From NCBI RefSeq assembly GCF_009914755.1, contig NC_060936.1: a stretch of DNA of 64,000 nucleotides. The stretch is one strand, 5' to 3'. The translations under genes and the position numbers were made by a program. The notes under the pieces were generated by a model that saw nothing but the letters and a program-made list of their open reading frames with translations, searched no databases and was not told the origin of the DNA. How positions within the stretch are numbered: the first letter of the stretch is position 1; the number at the start of each line of letters is the position of its first letter. Source of the DNA: the human T2T-CHM13v2.0 reference genome, Homo sapiens. This document shows positions 53,868-64,000 of this stretch, in pieces.

Positions 53868-56800
53868 TTTGGCCACTTTTTATTAGGGTTGTTATTCTCT
53901 TGTAAATTTATTTAAGTTCCCTATGTTGAATATTAGACTCAGATACATAGTTTGTAAATATGTTTTCTTATTCTGTAGGTTTTCTCTTCACTCTATCGAT
54001 AATTTCTTTTGCTGAGCAGAAGCTATTAAGTTTAATCAGATCCCACTTGTCAATATTTGCATTTGTTGTAATTGTTTTTGGCAACTTTATCATGAAATCT
54101 TTGCCTATTTTTATGTCCAGGATGGTATTGCCTAGGTTATCTTCCAGGACTTTTATAGTTCTGGGTTTTACATTTAAGTATTTAATCCATCTTGAGTTGA
54201 TTTTTGTATATAGTGTAAGGAAGAAGTCCAGCTTCAATCTTCTGCATATGGCTAGGCAGTTATCCTAGCACCATTTAGCACCATTTAGCACCATTTATTG
54301 AATAGGGAGACTTTTCCTTATTGCTTGTTTTTGCCAGCTTTGTCAAACATTATATAGTTGGAGGTGTGTGGTCTTATTTCTGGGATCTCTACTCTGTTCC
54401 ATTGGTGTGTGTGTCTGTTTTTGTACCAGTACCATGCTGTTTTAGTTACAGTAGTGCTATAGCATGGTTTGAAGTCAGGTAATGTGATGCCTCAAGCTTT
54501 GTTCTTTTTGCTTAGGATTGCCTTGGCTACTTAGATTCTTTCTTGGTTCCATATAAATTTTTAAATAGATTTTCTAGTTTCGTGAAGCATGTCATTTGTA
54601 CTTTAATAGGAATAGCTTTGAGCAGCATGGCCATTTAAATGATATTAGTTCTTTCTGTCCATTAACATGGAATAATTTTTCATTTGTTTGCGTCTTATCT
54701 GACTTCTTTGAGTAGTGTTTTGTAATTTTTTTTTTTTTTTTTTTTTGAGACGGAGTCTAGCTCTGTAATTTTCATTGTAGAGATCTTTCACCTCCCTGGT
54801 TAGCTGTATTCCTAGGTATTTTATTCTTTTTGTGGAAATTGTGAATAAAATTGCCTTTCTGATTTGTCTCTCAGTTTGGCTCTTCTTGGTATATAGGAAT
54901 GCTGGCAAATTTTGTACGTTGATTTTGTATACTGAAACCATGTGGAAGTTGTTTATCAGCTTAAGGAACATTTTGGGTCACAAGTATAGGGTTTAGATAG
55001 AGAATTATGTTGTCTGCAAACAGAGGTAGTTGGACATCTCTTTCTATTTAAATACCCTATATTTCTTTTTTTTTTAATACCCTTTATTTCTTTCTCTTGT
55101 CTGATTGCTCCAGCAAAGATTTCTAATACTACGTTGAATAGGAGTGGTGAGAGAGGGCATCCTTGTCTTGTGTGGGTTTCCAGGAGAATGCTTCCAGATT
55201 TTGCCCATTTAGTATAATGTTGGCTGTGAGTTTGTCATAGGTGGCCTTTATTATTTTGAGGTATGTTCCTTCAATACCTCATTTATTGAGAGTTTTTAAC
55301 ATGAAACATGTTGAATTCTACTGAAAGCCTTTTCAGCATCGATTGAGACAATCATGTGGTTCTTGTCTTTAGTTTTATTTATGTTATGAATCACATTTTA
55401 TTGATTTGCCCATGATGGACCAACCTTCCATTCCAGGGGAGAAGCCTATGTTACTGTGGTGGTGAATTACCCTTTTGATGTGCTGCTGGATTCGGTTTGC
55501 AAGGATTTTGTTGTGGATTATTGAATGGATGTTCATCAAGGATACCGGCCTGAAGCTTTCCTTTTTTGTTGTGTCACTGCCAGGCTTTGTTATCAGGATG
55601 ATGCTGGCCTCGTAGAACAAGTTGGGAAGAAGTCCCTCCTCCACTATTACTTGAAATAGTTTTAGTAGGAATGGTACTAGCTTTTCTTTGTACATCTGTT
55701 AAAATCTTACTGTTAATCTCTCAGGTTCTGGGCTTTTTTTTTCTTGGTTGTTAGGCTGTTTATTACTGATTCAATTTTTGGAGCTCATTATTGGTTTGTT
55801 CAGAGACTGAGTTTCTTCCTGGTTCAGTCTTGAGAGGGTGTATGTGTCCAGGAATTTATTTGTCTCTTCTAGGGCTTCTAGTTTGTGTAGAGTTGTTCGT
55901 AGTAGTTGTTCATAGTAGAGTTGTTCATAGAGTAGTTGTTGATTGTTATTTTTATTTCTGTGGGGTCAGTGGTAACATTACCTTCATCATTTATAATTGT
56001 GTTTACTTGAGTCTTCTCTCTTTTCTTCTTTATTAGTCTAGTGACTATCTTATTAATTTTTTCAAAAAACTTTGATTAAGTGATCATTTGAACAGTTTTT
56101 TATGTCTCAATTTCTTTCAATTCAGCTCTTATTTTAGTTATTTCTTGTCTTCTGCAAACTTTGTGGTTGATTTCTTCTTGCTTTTCTAATTCTTTCAGTT
56201 GTGATGTTAGGTTGTTAATATGAGATCTTTCTAACTTTTTGATGTGGGCATTACTTCTTACACCCTACCCTAACTTTTCTCCTTCTCCTAGAAAACTTGG
56301 AACCATGCTTTCTAAACCAATTCAAACTTTCTCAGTGAATCAACCTGATCTCCCTGAGGCAAAGTTAGCAATTTTCCATTACACATGTTTCTCTTTCTCT
56401 GTAATAATATCTAATGCAACAATTTAAGTGTTTCATTCCCTCCTGGATATGCAGGGAACTCCTTTTGGCTGAGACCAAGACTTAAAACTTTGTTCTTTCA
56501 ATATTAATGAAGATCTATTTAGAAAGTCTCCATTTTTACAGAAAAGATATATAAATACCAATGAAAATAAATATAAAATTATATGACATACAATTATATT
56601 GTGGAAAGATTGAATATATAAGTGAAGTAAGCTCTAAGAAAAAAAAAGATGATATAAAATGATACATAAATGAAAAACCTGGGCTGCTATAGCATAATTT
56701 ATGTACGAGTAAAGTGTGTACATTGTAGAAGTGGCAGGAAAACTGCATACAGAGTGAGACCTGACCAAAAGCTTCAAGAAAGGTCAGATCTCTGTATGGA

Positions 56801-58644
56801 GATTGGTAGGGGAGAAAAGGAGAGTCCAGAAAAATATAAATTGTTTGATCTATATCCTTAAAAGAGATTAAAGTGGACTCAGGAAAACATGGTCCACTTT
56901 AGGAGGAGGACACATGTTCCATGCTGGCCAAACCTCAGAGCATCCCTACCTTCTCCAGGAGGAAAGGGGAGGAAAAGGAGCAGGCAGACAGCAGTATGGC
57001 TAGGTCAGCACAGGGCACCCAGGCCAAGCCAGGTGGGCTCCATTGTACAGGCAGTGAGGAGCCACTGCAGGGTGGGCTTTATTCATTATTTTGTTTTCTT
57101 TAGTAACTAAGACACATGATCAAAGTTGACCTTTTTAAGTATTGCTGCAGCTGAACACAGGATGGATAAAATCGGTGTTTAAAAAATTATGTTGTATAGA
57201 ACACTAGCCCCAGTGAGATGTTAGTGGAACACACAGGCGCACACGCACACACGCACACGCACAAATGCACACACTCACACTGAGCCCAGATTATTCTGGC
57301 CAATGCTGAGGTAAGTAAACTAAAAGAAACATCTTTAGTGCTGGACACCTCAGAACCTGGAATGTGATTATATGACTCATAAAACAGCAAGGTTAAGACA
57401 GAGCATGTGATTTTTTTTTTCCAGAAATGTTGAAACACTTTTGTTTCCTTGGCTTCACTGTCACCTTCTTCCTCCTAGTTCCCCAGCAACCTCTTTGGCT
57501 GCTCCTTCTTGGTTTCCATCTTGACAACCTGCTGCTGCTCACCCATTCTCTATTCATTCCCCATGGATTTCTCAGGTGTGTTTCTATTCCTGCAGATCTT
57601 TCCTTGTTTTTCCTGACGCCTCTCCTTGTCTGACCCTCCCCAGTTCTAAGGCACATATTCCAGCTGTGTGCGATTTGGCATCCTGGGATGCTCCCAGAGT
57701 GTTTTCTGCCATACTCCATCAGGTTTTCTCCCCTAGACTCTGTGAGGGCAGCAGCCTTGTCTCCACTGTGGCTTCAATACTCAGCACATAACACAGAAGC
57801 TGATTCCACATTTCCTGGACCAACTGAGACTAAATTTATGTTCCTCCAGATCTTAAAAAGTTACAATAATAAACATAGCACAGTAGTCAAAAAAAGTCTC
57901 TTCTGTCAGGAGTTCTCCATATATGCACAATAGTTTGAAGTCATTATGAGGCAAAGTTAAACAGAAACTATCACAAAGTTCCCTAAGATAAATTATTTTG
58001 CTTTAATCTTCAATTCCTCATGTGAGATAATCAAGACCATGTGTTATTGTAAATATTTGTAGCTTACAACATAACAACCTGATTTTTATTGTTTGAAATA
58101 ACCAAAATATAAATCAGTTAACTAAAAAATGCACAAATAATCCTTTCAAATAAAATTCTGCCTAAATTTTACATTATTCATATGTTCAAATGATAATGAG
58201 CTCATAGGCTTTTCCAGTACCTCAGTCAAAACATTGTACTGATTCCAGCTATGGGAATAGTATGTGAGAGTTATGTTACAGATGTGGAAAAGGTACATAC
58301 GTGACATTGGCCTTTGCACTACTTTGCCCTTTTGGGTCAGGAAAAAGCTGTTCCCTTAAAATTCTAAAATCTCTTCTGTCAGGTCTGAAGGGTAGGTGGG
58401 AAACACTGTTTTTAAAATTTTAGCCACAGATGTTTTATTCCTTGCTGAAAGCAGTGAATAGATAAAGGCCACCAGAAGAGCCTCTAATGTTGCATCAGAA
58501 GTGTGCCTGAGAGCACTTCCTGAAACACTGCCTTATCTCTGCCTAAAATCACCTTAGGTAGGAAAGTCAAAACTTAGCAGGCTGAGGAAATCCAAGGGGA
58601 TCACTGAGCTCTGAGGCTTATGGGAGAAGAGAGAGAGGTCTAAG

Positions 58645-58952
58645 ACTTTTTGTGTATAAATTTATGGGTTACATGTTTACTCTGTGTCTGGCTTGTTTCA
58701 CTTACAATAATGGCCTCCAGTTCCATCCATGTGTCTCCAGAAGTTATGATTTTATTTTTTATGCCTGAATAGTATTTCATTGTGTATATTTTCTACATTT
58801 TCTTTCTCCAATCATCTGTTGATGGACATTTAGTTTGATTTATATCAGTTCTACTGTGAATAGTGTTGCAACAAACATACAAGTACAGGTATCTTTCTGA
58901 TACATTGATTACTTTTCCTTTTTGTAGATACCCAGTGGTGGAGTTGCTGGAT
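58645..58952 (-). mobile_element. Old L1 3' fragment
   Basis: 'ctggcttgtttcactta...tccagttccatccatg...atacccagtggtggagttgctggatc'. Confidence 0.75.
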
Positions 58953-61329
58953 CAGATAGAGCCAATTGATGATCAGTAATGGTGGCCAATGATCAACTAG
59001 AAACAAAATACTTAGCAGGGCCTGAAAACACCAAAACTCTGAGACAACTGACCTTCAAAAACTTCAACCGCCATGAGTGAAATATCCAAACACATTTATC
59101 CACCATTCAAAGACCCTTTATTGCCTGTCCTCTGTGCATCTCAGAATTCTCTTTTTACCACACTGTCTATATACTGCATTAGCCATTTATATGAAACTCC
59201 AAGGCATCTTATACTACATATTCAACCATGTATCCCTAGTACCTAGCACAGTCCTGGCATATAGTTTGCTACTAAACATTTGCAGAATTAAGTAATTATC
59301 TTGTATCCAGTTTCCAAGTTTTAAGGTGATTTCTCACTAACAATAAAGTATTACAGTTCACAAATAATCTACTTCCTTTTTTACAAATGGGATAGATTTT
59401 AATCTTATCCCCTAATAACATTATTTTCATTTACTTCCAACTAAATATACTGTCCTAAGACAGCAATAAGAAAGAGCGCTAAAGCTGGAGCATGAAGAAT
59501 TGTACATGGTCCACACTGTGGCCTGACGTGCACTGCTCACCTGAGCTTCATCTGTTTGGTATGTCAGGGAAGGTAAACAGGGTGAGAGTGGCCTCAACAG
59601 AGGACCCCAGATCTCTGGCTTCCCCATCTGGCAAGTACACCTCTGTGAATAAAGTCTTCAGAGCCAGATGACAAGAATGGCCCAAGCAGTCCACCAGGGA
59701 AACCTGGACCCAGTGTACATCAATGCAGAGCATCAAGCACAACGTAACAGGTGTACAGTTGCCTGTTCCTGTTCAGAGATAACTGCATCACACACACTGT
59801 AAAATGAAGAAGTGCAGAGAAGCAGATGTAACTGGAGAAGACAGCAGGAGCAAGGAGGGACAACCACGACCTAGGAAAGCACCATGCCAGAGACACCTGG
59901 ACCCCACACTAGGCTCAGTGCCCTTCATACTCTTGGGACCCAGTGCTTACCCTCTCCATCATTTGGCAAACTTGGCATTTTTTGTTGATTAAAATAATGT
60001 TTTTAGTGTTCACCTTTCCTAGGAGACAGGCAGATCCTGTGACACTACAGCTTCTGGCACACAGTAGGTGCATCACAAACATCTGCTGAGTTCACACACT
60101 CTTGCCTTCTCAAACTTTCTTGTCAAGTCTTCAGTGAAAAGGAATTACTAATTGAGCAAGAATTAAACTTCTAGAGACTCTTGGATCCACTGAAGTTTGA
60201 GACAAGGTGAAATTTGTTTACTGCCATATTCCTAGCTCATAGCAAACTGTAGTCATTTAATACATGTTTGTTAAATAAGTGAGTGAATTGATTCATATAT
60301 CTTACTTAGCAATATGTTTTCTGAGTAAAGTTGATAAATGTAATAGTTTACTTCTGGTATAATTTTACTTTACTTATTCAACAAACCTGAAAATTCAACT
60401 AGGTGGCAGGCACACCGCTGTTTAATAAAAAGAGGTATAAGATGCAATTTTTCTACATGAAAGCCACAGTCTAAAAAGTAGAAACATATGAACAAATTGT
60501 AACAATAAATTGGCTAAATTCAAATTAGAGGGGTTTGTTTCTATTTTAAACAGGAAGTGTTAGAAAGTTCTAAAGAGGAAATATTTCAACACACCATCTA
60601 AGCATGAAGCAGAAGCCACTCATAATTGAGTTTGCTACCACCAACCTCAACAGCAAGAATTCCAATCCTGCTGCTACAAATTAAGTGTCACTCTGATTTT
60701 ATTACTGCTATGTAACCCAGTTTTATACTCTCTGGTTGTCACTTAATGTTCCAAAAAAGTATTAAAGAGAAAATATTATTATAGTGATGAGCCCATGCAC
60801 TGCAGCCATCTCAACATTATGCCAATTATAAGGCCTATCATTTAAAAAGAAAACTGTTTGTTTAACTTATTTATCCAAAACTCAGTGTAACATAAACATA
60901 TTTGCCATCAGACTTTGGATTTCTGGGTTAAATAGCATATAAATATGATTAGAGTCTTAAAGTTTACACTTTTCTGGTTCTCTCAAGTTTTTTTTTCAAA
61001 ATAGCATATGCCTTTCTAAACAATTATTAGTATATTTTTTAAATGAACTTTAAAAGGCATATTTTCCAAAAGCAAAATACAGCTCCCATTGGTAAATGAC
61101 AATGTTGAGATACAACAGACAACTTCTCTTGGGAACCATTTAATCAGTGCTCACTTTTACACTCTGTCCAGAAATGTCAATGGCTTTAAAATATAGAAGT
61201 ATATTACACAGCTAAATTTATACTAATTCAGTATTGTGCAATATTTAGTACTTGTTCTAGCTCTCTCTTGCTGAATAGTAAGCCATTCCAAAACTTAAGG
61301 AATTATTTATTAATATTTTTATTGTTATT

Positions 61330-61822
61330 ATTTATTTAGTAATTTTAAATAACATTACTTCTCATGGTTTTGTGGGTTGATAGGCACTACAAAAGTTCTC
61401 TTTTGGAGTCTTCCTTGTAGCTGCTGTTGGTTGGCTGCTGCTGAAGTTACCTGAAAGCTCAACTAAGCTAAAGAGCCTAGACAGGTTACTCAGATGGCTG
61501 GCAGTGCATATTGGCTGCTGTGTGTGATATCCTTCTGACCTCTCCATGTTACCTGGAGTCCTCACAACTTGGTAGTTGCTCCTAAGACACACAGGGAAAT
61601 ACTACAAAACTTCTTATGACCTAGACTTGGAGGTCCTAGAATATGACTTCTGCTGCATCCTATTGGTAAAGCAAGTCATTGCGACCAGCACAGATTCAAG
61701 AAATGGGAGATTCACCTCTACCTGTCAGTGTAAAGAGCAGCATGTGCATGCAGGGAGGAAAAGCATGTGCATGCAGGGAGGAAAGAAATTGAGGGCATCA
61801 TCTTGAAGACTATCTTACCACA
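61330..61822 (-). mobile_element. MLT1-type MaLR LTR remnant
   Basis: 'cttctgctgcatcctattggtaaagcaagtca...cagattcaag...ctatcttaccaca'. Confidence 0.6.
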
Positions 61823-64000
61823 CCATTATTCCAAGTAATGAACATTTTATTTTAGATGGATAGTACTAGCTACTCATGTCTACCCCAGAAACCCAAGCTA
61901 GGCATTGACATATTGAAAAGAATGTCAGTACCATTAAAAAACTCTAGAAAAATCACGTGATGACAGGTTAATTTAGTCTCTCAATTACATCACTATAATT
62001 CCCTTCTTTTAACCCTAAATATGGTAAAACAGAATTGAATTCTACAAAAGTCTTTCATCTGTTTTCCTATGGAATAATTAACAAACCCAATAAATGTTTA
62101 AAGAACATGAAGTTCATTTTATTTTAGATTTATACCTCTTGATTTCAAAGCTTATAGAAATCCAGAGAACTAATCATCATAATCCATAACGCCTGGACCA
62201 GAAGTCATTGTTCTAAGAGTATCCTGTGGGATGCTAAAAATGTATTACTAACTGGGAAATTTAAAACTCTTTTGCTGGTGATTTTAAGAGAGCTGACTAG
62301 CTCATCAGCACAATTCACACAGATTAAGAATGGAGATTACTCTGCTGAGTGGATTCATAATGATCATAAAAATAATTCACAAATGAGAAAAGAGATAGAG
62401 AAGGGGAAACATACTGTCAATCACTAAAATAAAGGGAATATTCAAATGGTCTGATTTTGTATTTTTCAAAACAAAGGCAGCTTATTGTGATAGAATAAGA
62501 ATCCCACTTGTATGTCTTCTTTTGAGAAGTGGCTGTTTATGTCCCTTGTCAATGTTTTAATGGAACGGTTTTCTTAATGTTCAACATCACTAATCATCAG
62601 GGAAATGCAATTCAATGTAAGATACCATCTCATATTATTCAGTATGGCTACTATTAAAAAGTAAAAAAATAACAAATTCTGGTTAGACTTCAGAGAAAAT
62701 AAAATGCTTACACACTGTGGCGAGAATGTAAATTAGTTTAGCCACTGTGAAAAGAAGTTTGGAGATTTTTCACAGAATTTAAAACAGAAGTACCATTAAA
62801 CCAGCAATTCTGTTACCTAGTGTATATTCAAAAGAAAATTAAACTCATCTACACAGTACCTCGCTCCTGCCAGCAGAAGGAACTTTTAGAAGGCAAAACC
62901 AAGAAATATTTGCTTTCCTGGCTTTGAAAGTTCAAAATCAACAAAATATTACATCAAAAAATAGTCAATATACTACCAAATTATTATAAAATAAGCACTT
63001 GTGTTCAATTCTAAAATAAATAAGCAAACCAGAAGGAAGGAAGGGAGGAAGAGAGAGGGAAAAAAAGGAAAGGAAAGCAAACTCAACATTCCATTTTATT
63101 GATATCCTGTATGATACTTTTATTTGAGCCAATTATTGACATGATCAAAACTTCTTCTTAGATTTCCTATTCTGGAATCATTGCTAGGAAAAGACAATTG
63201 TTTAGTTATAATAAATTATGTCCTTTGAGATGCTTGCTCCTAGACACCCCCAACAGCAATATAAAACAGCTTTGGTGTACTCGCCAGGTTGAGAGCGGTA
63301 CAGCTGAAATACTGGATGGCATTTGCAATTTCTGATCTCTGCACTTACTTGTCAAAGCAAAAAATGAAACAAAATCTTTGAAATGACACTGTGAAGCCCA
63401 TTTTTCAGTCAGGGACTATCTCCAAATGGAAACAAGCTGGCTGTACCATTTAACTACAATTTCACTTCTGATTTATATCTAGCCTGCCTGAAAGTTTGGA
63501 ATATTATATGGCACAAGATTGGAATTAAGTATGAGGGAGCTGGATAGTTCAATAAATAGTAAGTGCCGAATCCTCAAAGAAAATAGCTTCTTTAAAAATG
63601 ACTGGCTTTTCTGTTAGACTCATCTTCAGTATTCCTGGAGGCAACTCTACATTTGACATACATGGTGGGAAACACATTTCAACTGTTTATAACCTCATGA
63701 TGTGAAACTTGACTACCTAAACAATGAAAGGAAATTTGACTGGAGTTCTAACATACTAGCATGGCTTGGTGATCCCTACATATTGAAGAGTTTAAGTCAA
63801 GACTATGCGAGTTGTCATTATGGGCATTATTCATCCTAGAGTCCAAGTATTTTCCTTCCAGTTTCATTGATATTTCTTTCTGCTATAATATGTTTCCCAA
63901 ATTTTCATGTAAATAACTTTTTATGACCTCAATTGTGTTTTTTTCTAAATATTTTTTATTATTGTTTTAAATATTGTACAATATATACCTGTTTTGGCAA

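Larger units (their letters stand above)
50645..56250 (-). mobile_element. Antisense L1 (3'UTR to ORF2), host to later insertions
   Basis: L1 3' end 'ttttaggttcaggggtacatgtg'; ORF2-derived peptides on the minus strand ([32 protein letters not shown]). Confidence 0.9.

Noticed and set aside
54266-54298. Triplicated TAGCACCATTT within L1
   Set aside because: Ordinary slippage micro-duplication.
59420-60000. Non-repetitive, exon-looking stretch with short ORFs
   Set aside because: No recognisable protein or consistent splice chain; needs a database search.

Overview
Primate (human-like) pericentromeric-type mosaic with no intact protein-coding gene. Left to right: (1) 1-4.5 kb of old SINE/LINE/MER debris and a (GAT/GGT)n tract. 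(2) A defective betaretroviral HERV-K provirus at 4513-11796 (MER11D/HERVK11D, HML-7-like) nested in an antisense Alu. (3) L1- and Alu-rich DNA with a possible unidentified multi-exon gene remnant. (4) A decayed, DNA-level copy of a 45S rDNA unit boundary at 19243-33190: 28S 3' part, 3'ETS, a ~12 kb compact IGS invaded by solo LTRs, T0 Sal box, Pol I promoter and 5'ETS to about site A0. (5) A ~9.3 kb GC-rich ~200-bp tandem array (gamma-satellite-like) whose last ~270 bp are inverted. (6) Two tandem 5S rDNA repeat units on the minus strand (1.93 kb period, no Alu). (7) L1/ERV/LTR debris to the end. The most striking feature is the 45S-promoter -> satellite <- 5S arrangement, since 45S and 5S rDNA are unlinked in humans. 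Family names and comparisons with human rDNA are from memory, not from searches. Human chr12q12 is my recalled guess for the locus and is unverified.
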